From NCBI RefSeq assembly GCF_009914755.1, contig NC_060935.1: a stretch of 64,000 bases of DNA. The stretch is one strand, 5' to 3'. The notes beneath the pieces were generated by a model. It made no database searches. It had not been told where the DNA came from and saw nothing but the letters and a program-made list of their open reading frames with translations. Shown here piece after piece: positions 27,590-40,200 of the stretch; the stretch's first letter is position 1; every line of letters begins with the position of its first letter. A program made the translations under genes and the position numbers. The DNA is from the human T2T-CHM13v2.0 reference genome, Homo sapiens.

Positions 27590-27734
27590 CTCGAAGTTTT
27601 GAATAACAGTTCATGTATTAGAGCTCTAGCATAACAGCTCCTCGTGTAGAAAACCCTTCCCAAACCTCCTTGGAAAAAGTGAGCCCTCCCTTCTCTCTCT
27701 TCTTTTAGCCTTTGGGTCAAAAGACTGTTTAATG

Positions 27735-27920
27735 CGGAGGCTGAGGGCCTGAGCTCTGAAGTCAGACTGTGTAGGTTTGAATCTGGATTCCACCACTTAC
27801 TGTGTGACCTTAGACAAGTTCCCTAACCTCCCTGTGCCTCAGTTTCCTTAACTATAAAGTGCAGATAATGAGAGTGCACACCTCTTAGGATCATGGTGAG
27901 AAGTATATTGTAAGAACTTG
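27735..27920 (+). mobile_element. MIR SINE
   Basis: gctctgaagtcagactg...ccacttactgtgtgaccttagacaagtt...ctgtgcctcagtttcct. Confidence 0.85.
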
Positions 27921-28060
27921 ATAGATGGAAGCTGCTGCGCTCTTCTTTAGAATTTATTACCTAGCAGGGTGGAGCAGTGAGGAGGGGTTCAGGAAGTCTG
28001 CAGAATGATCACTTTCCATTAGGCCATGTCTTTTTAATTTTTCCAAGACCTAGGAATAAG

Positions 28061-28100
28061 TGAATGAATGAATGAATGAATGAATGAATGAATGAATGAA
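28061..28100. repeat. (TGAA)n tetranucleotide repeat, probable L2 tail expansion
   Basis: 10 TGAA units. Confidence 0.95.
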
Positions 28101-30019
28101 TATCACTGTGCATGACAGTATGAGGGATGCAAAGACCCCAAGGCATGGTTTGTGCCCCCACAGCACTTACACTCTGGGGAGACAGGACACCCATCACAGA
28201 GAGAATGTTTGGTGGCCCGGATCACAGATGACCACTAGGACCAGGGGTTCTGAGGGGGGAGTGACCAGATGTCTGAGGTTTGGGAGGGCGCAGACACCCT
28301 CCCCCCACCAACATCACAGCTCTTTAGGGAGCACTTAGGGACACTGAGGCTCAAAGGGCCACCATGCAAAAGAGCAGGGCACTACAAATCACTCCGTTTA
28401 CTCTAAATTAACCCTTCTAAGGTTCTACTTAGAGTTCAGATTTCCTAGGTCACTTTGATCCCTGGTTATTAATCAATGGATCATTTAGTGTTAGTGGCTA
28501 GGATTCGAAAAAAATCATAAAGCCATGGTTTAATTTTTTTTCTTTAGAACTAGAGGAGCTTTAGAAACCAACTAACATAACTCCTTCATTTTATAGAAAG
28601 GAAAACTAAAGCTCAGAGAGATAAATGGCCTTCCTAAGTCTTCTGAGCTTCTCTCCCAAATGTTTCCTTGATAGTTTGTCATTGTATCCTTAGCCCCATT
28701 GTTGGTGGGGAGAAACAGGGATAATTTTCCCAGTTTTAGGGGATTGAAATAAAGAATTGACACCAAGATTGGTGAAATGCCTCATCCAGTCACACTACAG
28801 ACCAGCAACAGAACTAATCAAACTGGGGGTTCTGACCCCCAGGCAGGCCTCTCCCCAAAAGATCACCTGCTCCCCTCCCTGTCCAACCCCAGCTGGCCCC
28901 TACTGTCAGAAAGACGCCGAACCTATGATCTGTCCATCTGGAGCCTTCTTCCCAGCCGGAGCTGAGCACTGTGCAGGCCAAGATGCTCCTGCTGGGGTGG
29001 AGGGAGAGCCCCTACCCTGAGCTCCTGGCCAGAGCTGGCCCTCCACACACCCTCTGTCAACTGCCCCTCTCAGCAGAACACACCACAGCCCAAGAAGGAG
29101 CCTCGAGTGTCAGGGAGGCTCCAAGCTGGTATCAAGAGGATTTTCATAAACACAACTGTCTGTGTCTGGGCAGCCATGTGGAAAGTTGCAATATAACCCA
29201 CTGATGTCATGTGGCAGGGGAAACAAGATTTCCAGAGGCAGCGTGCTGCTCTCCCAACCTCCAAATGGAGCAGAATCCCAGACAGGCTTCTGAAAGAAAG
29301 GGAAGAAAAAACCCAGCAACAAATTGCAAAACAAAACCTTGGTTCCAAGGTCTTGAGGGGAAGGGAGGGAAGAAGATGGGGAAGATCTGGAGTCTCCAGG
29401 GAGTCTGCTGGGCTGGGGCCCCTGGATCTCCCTCCAGGGCTCCATTAGAAAGGCATGGGCAGTCTGGGGTGGAGGAGCTGGTGTGCACTCACCTTCTTTG
29501 CCATCTAATACCTCAGATCCCTGCACTTTCAGAAAGCACCTTGGTCTTCCTCTTATCTCAGGCAGGATCTGTTCTCAGCTTGGACCAGACACCCACTCTC
29601 CTAGCCTTTAAGGACTCCAGGTTTCAGATTTCTGTAGCCCACTCTACCAGCAATTCTGGGCTCACATCTAAAGTCCAAGCAAATTCATCCTTCTGCAATT
29701 TAAACATAGCACTGGTCCTCTAGAGAAGTGGGACCCTGGCAGAAGAGGGGAGTGGTGTGGAGGTGTGAGGGTATGTCTTTCATCTCCTCTGTTGCTGTCT
29801 TGTAGGATATCACTTCATTTCTCCCATCTCTGCTGGCTCAGTCATTTAACTTCTCAGGGCTGCAGTTCTCTCATTTTTTAAATGGAAAAGAAGGAAAAAT
29901 ATTTAAGGTTGCTTTTAGCTCAAGAAACCTATTATTTTACGGCTGTTTACAGGTAAGGAGCAGTAGTAGAGTAACACAGATTACATAAAGAATATTTTGT
30001 GGCTTTATTAATGTGTCTT

Positions 30020-31280
30020 GGGAGCTTTTAATTATAAAAGTAATCATTCTAATTGCAGAAAACTTGGAAACCAAGAGTAAACACTTAAAAAAAAAAACAA
30101 ACCACCTATTTCCCAAGTACAACCCAGAGATAATCTCCATTAACCTTCTGGAAAGTGTTATTTTAGCCTTTAGTCTTTGTATAATGATATATTTTTAAAG
30201 AAAAATATTATAATATAGTAATACTCTGCAGTCTGTACCTTAATCACTTTGAATTGCATGGTAACTATTTTTCTTACACCAAAATCCTTCTATAATATGG
30301 CATTTTCTTATATTTACACTTTTTCTCATGATTTTTAATATTCAGGCAAATCACAAATGAGAAGAAATGCTAATGGTCAATAAACATAAAAACCATTAAG
30401 CATCAACAATAATCAAAGACAAGAAAAGAGATATTGTTTTTACATATCAGATTAGCAGAGATTATTTTAAAGAGCTGACAAAAATCTAGTTTGTTACCTA
30501 GATCAAGAAATGGACACTCTTTTGCAGGGCTGAAGGGTAAGAACCTATCTATCTGGAAGATAGTTTTATGTATCAAAATATAAAATATGCATGATTGTTT
30601 ACTTAGCAGTTCTATTTCTAAGAATTTACCTGATGGGAATAATTGCTTAAGTATGAAAAAATATAACTACGAGAATGTTTGTTGAAGCATTATTTATAGT
30701 AGCAAAATTTTAGTGACAACCTAGATGTCAATCAATAGGAAAATGCTTCAGACACATACAAACAGCAAAATAGTATGCAATCATTAAAAATGATAATGTA
30801 GCTTTGTACTTATCGACTTGGAAAGATGTCTTTGACATCTTATGGAGTAAAAAAAAAAATCAGATAACAGAATAACATGCAAAGTCTGAACCCACTTTAC
30901 ATAAAGTTATATGCACAAATCTATAGGTGTCTTACAGAAAGAAATGCCTGAAGCATTGCTGGCTCCAGATAGGAGGGGCTTAAAGGCTGCAATCTGGTTA
31001 GAACAGGGGAGTGGGGGTGGGGAGAGGATTTGGGGGTCTCACTTTGAAGCTGCATTTGCTAACAAACCAATCAAGTTTTTTTTTTCCTTAGAATGCATGT
31101 TCATTTAGGATGGTGTGGAGGGACACTGATGGAGATTATGAATACCTCCATCTGCCAACAGATGTTAACCAAAATGTTAATAGTGATTATCTCTTAGAGG
31201 TAGAATTTGGGATGTTTTAATTTCCTCTCTGAACTTTTAGTTATTTAACTATTTTACACAAATATTTTGTAATATTTATT
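30020..31280. mobile_element. L1ME-type remnants (short - piece, then + ORF2 end/3' UTR from ~30340)
   Basis: atggtcaataaacat...tatcagattagcaga...agcagttctatttctaagaatttacc...gaatgtttgttgaagcattatttatagtagcaaaa. Confidence 0.7.
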
Positions 31281-32029
31281 GTTAGGAAAGGCTCACAGTG
31301 CTGGTTTGTATGTTGTTTTGTTGTTGCTGGTTTTTGTTTTACAATATCCTGATGGCCTATATTTCCGCATCTTGCCTGTCAACCTCTGCAATCTGATTAA
31401 CTTTTCTCACCTTGCTGTTCCCCTTCCTCCCAGAACTTCAGTTCTCTCCTTCTGGGTTTGGGGTATCTGGGTCATTGCAAACCTACAGGAAGCTCCAGAT
31501 TCAGAGCCTATAAGCATCACAATCCCCAAACTTGCCTGCCACCACCACTGTCAGAAGGATGGTGTGCAAAACTCTTCTCTCTGGGCTGACCAAGGGCACT
31601 TCCTAGGCTTTGGTTCTTGTTCCCTCACCTCCCTCTGCCACCTTCTTTCAGATTTTCCCCTTGGATTCTGATTCTACCACTGAGCTCTCATCAGACACCG
31701 AAGTCCCTGCGATCAATTCTGCTCCCGACCTCAACTCTGTTAATCCTGACAATACCCAACCTGGCATCTGGCCTTGTTTTGTCTTTCATCTTTGGCTTTG
31801 CTGCACCCTAGCAGTTTCAGGTCACCCCCCACTGCCCTAGGTGTGACTACGCTTTATCCTACTTGATCCAACAGTTCAAAAAACATCTATCGAGTGCTCA
31901 TTATGTGCACGGCCCCTGGACTGGGTCTTGTGGACTTGGAAACTGTGACTCTAGGTCTCTACCCTCGTGGGGAGCTCAGTCTGTCAGAGGAGACTGAGAG
32001 ATGGCTACTATGCTGGCAGCTGACACTGA

Positions 32030-32230
32030 GAGTTTCTTATTGCCAGACACTGTTTTAAATGCTTTGCATGTATTATCTCATTTAACCCTCACAATAACCC
32101 TATGAAGTAAGTACTATTGTTATATGCATTTTAAAGACAAGGAAATTCAGGCATAGAGAATAACTTCTCCAAGGTCACAGTGAACTAAGTGGCAGACTGG
32201 GGATTGGAACCTAGGTACTCTGGCTCCAGA
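32030..32230 (-). mobile_element. MIR SINE
   Basis: tattatctcatttaaccctcacaataaccctatgaagta...ccaaggtcacag. Confidence 0.85.
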
Positions 32231-32809
32231 GGCATCATGTTCATGTTCTATGAAAAAGTGAAACCACCTGCTGAGCACTGTGATAGACATTTATCCAAAG
32301 AGCTGTGACAGTTCAGCAAGATGAGTTACGCCTTCTCCTGGCTTTCAGACTCTTGGCTTCTTGCATGAGACCCAGACACATAGCCAGTTTCCTCTTTACT
32401 GCTCACCAACCCAACATTTTTCTTCTATCTGTGTTCTGGTGGGACTTAGACCCAGCATCTATTCTCGGTGGCCAGTGCCTGTCAGGCTGGCCTCCAGTCC
32501 TGTGTCCACCTGGGCTGAACTGGAAGGCCCTGACTCTATGTCATTTCAGACCCAGCAGGCCAAGTGCCTGGTCCCCATCCCAGTGCACAGTGTTGGACCT
32601 AGAGCTTTCCACTTGGGTCAGGACTTCCTCCCAGTACTCCATGGGCCTTCAATTGAGGAAAGGACTCGTGAACAGTCCCCCATGGTCCTTCTGCTTCCAT
32701 GGGCAGGACATGTTTTCTGCAATAAAGGTGTTCCAGAAATGCTTGGTTCAAACTAAAGGTTTGTAAATTGAATCCTATTCAGAACATATTGGAATAGTCA
32801 GGTAATGAT

Positions 32810-33010
32810 ACAGTAGCATTGAGTGCTTACTATATACCAGGCACTTTGCTTGTAATATTCACTTAATTCTGTAAGGCAGGTACCATTTTTATTATCCCCG
32901 TATAAACAATGAAGAAATCAAGCCCAGAGAGTTAACAGAGTTGCCCAAGGTCACACAGCTAAGGGGTAGCAGAGCTGACTCCTGGCTCGGCACTCAGTCT
33001 CAAGCCACCA
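32810..33010 (-). mobile_element. MIR SINE
   Basis: ttgagtgcttactatataccaggcac...ttgcccaaggtcacacagcta. Confidence 0.8.
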
Positions 33011-34591
33011 CTCTTGTGTGTCTTCTCAAAGTAGTACTCAGTGAATCCTTAGGCAAACAATCTCTTGGAGATATAAATTTTCCAAGTTCCAGTTTCTAAC
33101 TTTTGTCAAAGAAAGAAAGAAAGACCTCATTTCCTTGGCTCTATCCTCAGCCTCTGGGCTGGGGTGAGAGGCCATCTATGAACCCTGCTGGATGATGTGT
33201 AGGGAAGACAGTAGAGGGTGCTCACCACCATCCTCCAGGAGTGGGGACTCTAGAGCTTCCCCTTCCTCCACTGCAGAACGAGCATGGATGTGTGCACAAA
33301 CACATACAGACATGCATATGCACATTCATGCACACACACATACAGACACAGACATGCATGTGTACACACATGCACACACATGTGCGCTCTTCTAGTCTAG
33401 CTCAGGACTGCTCCTTTGACCAGAGCAGCTGCCTGGGCACATGGGACTGAGCCACTGGGAGCCTGGGCAATTGAGAGCAAGGCAGCTGAATAAAGGCAGC
33501 TAATACTATATCTATGATACGCAGCTTTGGTTGTCATAAACACTGCAGCTGAATATTCCCGCGGGGACCTCCTAATGGAGGAGATGGATACACTCCAGAA
33601 CAACCCCAGGGGCTTCACACGCAGCTCTGACTAAACTCCCTATAAAATCAATCCTGCCTTTCCACCAGTTGTGACAGCGTGTTCTAATATTAATCCACTC
33701 TCCTTGTCAGTCAGCTCCCCCAACAAAGGCTTTAATGATCTTTAACCAGGCATAATAAACACTACACATTCAAGCAGAGAATGCCCGAGCCCGGGGAGCC
33801 CCCGCCCTTCACAACCTCCGTTTGGAGGCTCAAAGGGGACAAAGGAGACACTGTTGGCCCCCTTGAGCCACTGTCCTCTCTCTCTGCAGGATGGGCTATG
33901 GAAGACAGTCCCCAAGGAAGACAGGCTGGCTGGGTGGAGGGTGAGCGACAGGCCCTCGGCCCCCCTGCACGAGTTGCGGAAGCCGGGTCTCCTCCGCAGG
34001 ATCCCAGAGGCTGCGGATCTGGACAGACTCCCTGGATGCTGATTGTTCCGGGCAGCCCTGCTTCTGCAACTCTGCCTCTTACTCCTTTATCTTGAGCATC
34101 TCCTCTGTGCTTCTGACAGCTCCTTTTTCTCTAGAGGGAAAGTGGATCTGAATGGAGGATCCTAGCAGCCAGGGGAAGAAGCAGGGGTGCCCGGGTTTAG
34201 CTTCTGTGCTTGTCCCTCTTGGCACCCCAAACCAGCACGCCAGGAGCTTGCACCCTCTCTCTGCTCCCCCTCCGCCCCCGCCCTTAGACACTCCATGCCA
34301 GATAAGGGCCCCAGAGAGGGGTAGATCTGGGATCAAACAGAGTGGCAGGCAGTGGTGGGGATGGGCAGACAGGTGGTGGTAGGGCCCAAGCTTGGGACCC
34401 TGGAGTGAGGAAATACATGGAAGGATGACTTCCACCTCCAAATCCATCTCTGCATCTTCCCTACACTGGCTTTGGGAAGGCTCCCAGGGCTTCTGTCTCA
34501 CACATGAACCTATTTAGGAGGCCACTGTACAAGCTGTCTGGTCTGAACCTCCCAGCAGACTTCCTGGGTGACAGCAAGCTCAGAGCCTTGA

Positions 34592-34937
<346 letters not shown>

Positions 34938-35146
34938 CAGCCTGAGATATTTAATGCGGCACACTCGCTGCTCTGGCCCACAGAAGGGCAGAGAGGCCTC
35001 CCTGGTAGGGTCCAGCTTTTCCTGCACCCCTGAGGGCCCCAGAGGGCTGCAAAATGCCTGGAGAAGACAGAAGTGATTTCACTCTTTCAATAAAACTTAA
35101 TTTTTTTCACATTACAAATGAACATATTTTGCTTACGAACATGGAC

Positions 35147-35326
35147 AAAAATACAAAAATTAGCCTGACATCATGGCTCATGCCTTTAGTCCCAGCCTCT
35201 TGGGGAGCTGAAGCGGAGGATCGCTTCAGTCTGGGAAGTCGAGGCTGCAAGTGAGCCAAGATCGTGTCACTGCACTCATGACAGCCTGGGTGACAGAGTG
35301 AGACCCAGTCTCAAAAAAAAAAAAAA
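35147..35326 (+). mobile_element. 5'-truncated AluJ (linker plus right arm) in an L1M fragment
   Basis: aaaaatacaaaaattagc...gaggatcgctt...gtcgaggctgca...A14; TSD core ggacaa. Confidence 0.9.
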
Positions 35327-35432
35327 GGACAATGTAAAAAGTAGAAGGGGAGGTCATAACCTACATCAACCACTGTTAATATCAACCACTGTTAATATTT
35401 AAATGCATCTCTTTCCAATTTTTTTTTCTTAA

Positions 35433-35567
35433 AAGGCTTGACTCAGGACTTTGCCTTTGGACTTGTACCAGAGAACTTCCTCCTTCCCCTATGAAGGGCA
35501 TCTCTTGCAAAAGACCATGTACAGGTCTCTGGTACAAGTCCAAAGGCAAAGTCCTGATTCAAGCCTT
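35433..35567. repeat. 42-bp inverted repeat (41/42 match) with 51-bp spacer
   Basis: 35433-35474 is the reverse complement of 35526-35567 with one mismatch. Confidence 0.97.
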
Positions 35568-35569
35568 CC

Positions 35570-35740
35570 TTAACTCCTGTGCCTCCTTTTTCTCAACTAC
35601 AAGAAGGAGATAATAACAGTATTGATCTTATAAGGTGATCATAAGAATTAAATGGGTTTCCTATACAAAAAGTACTTAGAACAGTGCCCCACATATAGTA
35701 TACGTGAAATAAATGTGGTGGTGCTATTACTGATAATATG
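35570..35740 (+). mobile_element. MIR 3' half
   Basis: ctgtgcctc...gataataacagta...gaattaaatg...aagtacttagaacagtgcc. Confidence 0.8.
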
Positions 35741-36259
35741 ATTACAATTATTGGTACTATCTTCCCCATGAGGAATGGGGGTAGGGACCATTCACCCTCC
35801 CTGTAGCAGCTGTGGCTTCCCGGGTGGTAGCCCAAGCACCTAGCTGTGTAACAAGCAGGCAGGACAGTGCTCAAGAGAGGATGTTACTCTGGGAGGACTG
35901 AAGGCTACACAACACCAATCCAGGACTCTGACTTTGCTGGGGTGAAAAGAGAAGAGGCAGGACTACCCACCCCCAGGAAAGCTCTTATGCCCATCTAGCT
36001 CTGTGCCGGTGCCTCTGTGACAAGCAGCTGCTCCTCTGTCTACCTTGTCCCTGTACAGATTGGGAATCCAACACCTCCCTCTTTTCCCCTGTAGCCAGCC
36101 CAGGCTGCAGATTGCCTCTATCGCTGTGGTCCAGTGGGTTCCTCCAATAGCCAGGGCTGGCCTATGAAGGACACCTACTTGCCATTTAAACTTTCTGACT
36201 TCAGGCGTCAGATGATCAGAACATCCCTGGAAGGAGCCTCGGAGAGCCTTGGGATCTAA

Positions 36260-36435
36260 TGATAATCACAGCTCATACTGAATCAGCACTTACTATGTGT
36301 CAAGCCCTTTGCTAACTTCTTTCCATATATTATCTCATTTAATCCTCACAACAAGACTATGAAGTGAGGAACTGTCATGATCTCCACTTCACAGATGAAA
36401 CCATGGCTCAGAGTGATTGAGTCATCTGCCCAGGA
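36260..36435 (-). mobile_element. MIR SINE
   Basis: agcacttactatgtgtcaag...tattatctcatttaatcctcacaac...cagatgaaac. Confidence 0.85.
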
Positions 36436-37899
36436 TTGATGCCCTGCTGCATCTGTTATGGAGGCGACTTGAATTTCACTATGGAGAGGTTGTCCTTTGT
36501 TCTGGAAAACATTGCTGAGGACCTTTTAGTTTTCTACCGCTATTCGTCTAGGGGAATGATGCCATTGTTAACCTGAATGCTGAAAAACAAAGTGTTTATT
36601 TTGATCATGTTAGCTGGGTATATCTTTTATCTGAAACATAAGAAAAGACAAATGAGAAGGAGAAGAAACGGAAACGCAGAGAGGGCAAGTCACTTTCCCT
36701 GGCCACACAGAGCTAGAAACAGAACCCAAGTCTCCCTAATCTTATGCTCTTTCTAGGACTTCCTGCTCCTCCTCTGTCCTCTTCCAGAGGGCAGAAGCCA
36801 GAGACCATGTCGCACACTTCTCTGGTATTTGCCACGCAGTATTCAGACCAGCCTGGGGCTCACAGTAGGTGCACACTCAGTCCCGGATAGCAAATTGAGG
36901 TTAACCCTCTGCAGGAGAGCTAGAAGCACACATTGAGTTGTAGATCCAAGCTGCCACCTGTCATGGGTGGAACCAAGCTCGTTGCCAGCCTGAGCCCAGC
37001 CTAACGCCATAATTCTGGAAAGCCGAGTCTCCATTCCATGGCCCCTGTTCTCTCTCCACCTTCACCAAGTCCACCTGCTCTTTCTTCTCCTTTTCTCCTT
37101 CCCTTTCCTCCCCTGAAAAACACTGCACATTCCCAACCCAAGAAGGTGTCCCCTGAGAGGCTAATATAGTACAAAAAAAAAATCCCAGAGAGGGAGAGCT
37201 GATTGGATTTTTGGTGATGCCGGTGCCTGATTTCCTCTGGGCCTTGCCTAATTTCTGCCATTCAGAGGCTGGGGACTTATTTCCCACTGCCTAACAGTGA
37301 CTGCCTCAGCCTGAGCTGTCCCTGGGACCTCAGACTAGAGGCAGGCGGCTCGGACAGGCTTCCTCTAGCAGTGGTATATCTGGATGGTGGTAACTCTGCA
37401 TTTTTATTGAGGAAGCGAGTTAATGGGCATGTAAAACATACACAACTTGTCAGCCCGTTAGCTGCTGCCATTGCCACTCCTGCCTCAGGCTCAACTAAAT
37501 TGCTCATTCACTTGCTCTCTTCCTCCCTCTCCTCGCCTTGTGTTTTTTTTCTCTCTCTCATTTTGCTTAGGGTCTCTTTCTCTCCTCCCAACATGCACCT
37601 CCCTCCCTGAACAGCTGAAGAGTTCCTGGGAACATTTTTATTTATTTATTTTTAAAGATTTTCCTGGGCATCTAGTTCCAGAGATGTCTCAGCCTTGGAA
37701 GCTCTGCCGATTCTGCTAAGTTAATGCTTTGTCTTCTGACCCTGACCAGGAGGCCAACGGCCAAGGACAGCAGCAGTGCAGAATGAGCTTCAGCCCAACA
37801 AAAGAGGGACACATAGCTTGGGAGCATTTTCCAGATGCTGATACCACTGTCTACATGGACACACCTTTGTTTGAACACCATCCTCAACTGTCCACATTG

Positions 37900-38620
37900 G
37901 CAGGCACACTGGTAGTGTGCACCCACCCTCGACAATCACAATCCTACACATATGCTCACGACTGTCCATTTCCACATGCATACTCTCCACCACTTACATA
38001 CCCCAATAACCAAAGCCTCCTTGCACACTTCCAGTGCACATGCACCCTCACAGGCCACGCACACCTCCCGGATACACTCAGCCTCAACAAGCCATGTCTG
38101 CAATGCACACTCTGGCATACACATCCACCGTAGGCAGCCTATGTCTGCATGCATACTCCCAACATACATATTCCCTATGTATATTCTCCCCAAATCCCTA
38201 TATCTGTTGAATATTTACAGAAACCATCACTCCCACCAGCCCATCTGCAATTAGGTCTTTCCTGTATACTTCGCGTATATTTGTATACACCTCATGTACA
38301 CATGCATGCTATATCCCATTCTGCATATTTATATCCCATAAACATAAACCCTCAACCCGCATTTGTATGTCTCATGTAAACATCCCACAATATTTTATTA
38401 TCTGCATGTTAACATCATATGTATCTACATAAGACCCCATTTCTGGGCCCATGATCATATTTTAACATCTTCTTATCTGCATGCACATTTCAAATGGACA
38501 CCCCCAAATACCATACCTACATGTGCATGCATATATGCCCTGCACTAACACCATGTCTGCTTACATACACCCTAACTCAGGGACTTGCACCTAAACTTGC
38601 TGTTTCCACATGCAAATGTA
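37900..38620. repeat. Highly degenerate CA/TA-rich low-complexity tract
   Basis: Strong C/A skew with cacatgca/catac motifs and no clean period. Confidence 0.55.
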
Positions 38621-39434
38621 GCCATGTATTAATATGATTCCCTCTACTAGACCTGGCTCTATTGAATACCCACTCTCGATTCAATTTAATGAAACTAAAT
38701 ACTTTAATTAAATCTAAAGTAGACTATGAACCCTTACTAAGGATCAGACCTTGTGATAAGTGCTGGAAAGTTGCAAATGAAGAAGAGCAGCTCTTACCCT
38801 CAAAGAGCTCCCCAGTCAGGAAGAGAAATTCAGACAATTACATCAGAGTGTGATGCGCTCAGTGATGGAAGTATGTACACATCCAAGCACACACCTTCCA
38901 TAGCTCCAAATTTACAGGAACATTCTACATGCACATCTTAGACATGCAAATGGGCACAGCCGAATTCACAGGCACACACATCCCCACTCTGTGCCCACAT
39001 CCCACAGTTTTAACCATGATCAGTTGCTTTAGTTAAGGCACGGTGGCTTACAGTGTCCCCTGTCAGGATCTTCCCCAGGTAATGCTAGAGCTGCCACTAG
39101 GGCCAGGATGTTCACCTCCAGCCATGGTTGCTGCTTGGATGGAATTTCCACTCTTGGGCTGCACACTGAGTACCTAGTCCAGCAGTGACAGGCCCTCAGG
39201 TACAGGGAGTGATCTCCCCAGTAGTCACCCAGCTTCATTATCAGCCTGACCTCGTACAAGTCCACAGGCCTTGCAGTTAACCTTTTTGCTTGCTACGGAG
39301 GTTGCTGTTGCCACAAAGAGGCCAAGGGTTCTCTCCTGCTCACTCTTCCTTGGTTGGGTGGTTGGCACTAAGAGCTCTCTGATATGGTTATTTTCAAAAG
39401 CAAATCCAATTCTAGTCTAGATTCCTAGAACTTC

Positions 39435-39940
<506 letters not shown>

Positions 39941-40054
39941 GTAAAGTGGGAGGCAATAGCCCCATTCTGGTCTTCTCTGATCATACACCTTAAGAGGAAA
40001 ACAGAAAGTGTAGGCAGAAGGCAAGGAAAGTAAAGGAATTCAAATACTGTATTT

Positions 40055-40200
40055 AACTCATCCAACGAATATCTATTGAGTGCCTCCAATATGCCAGACA
40101 CTTGGCTGGGCACAGGGTTATAGCAGTTAATAAAACAGAGCTCCTGCTCTCCTGAAGTCCTCAGTCTATTGGGAAACACTGAATTACATCTTACACAAGT
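40055..40200 (-). mobile_element. L2 3' end
   Basis: tcatccaacgaatatctattgagtgcctccaatatgccagacact. Confidence 0.75.
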
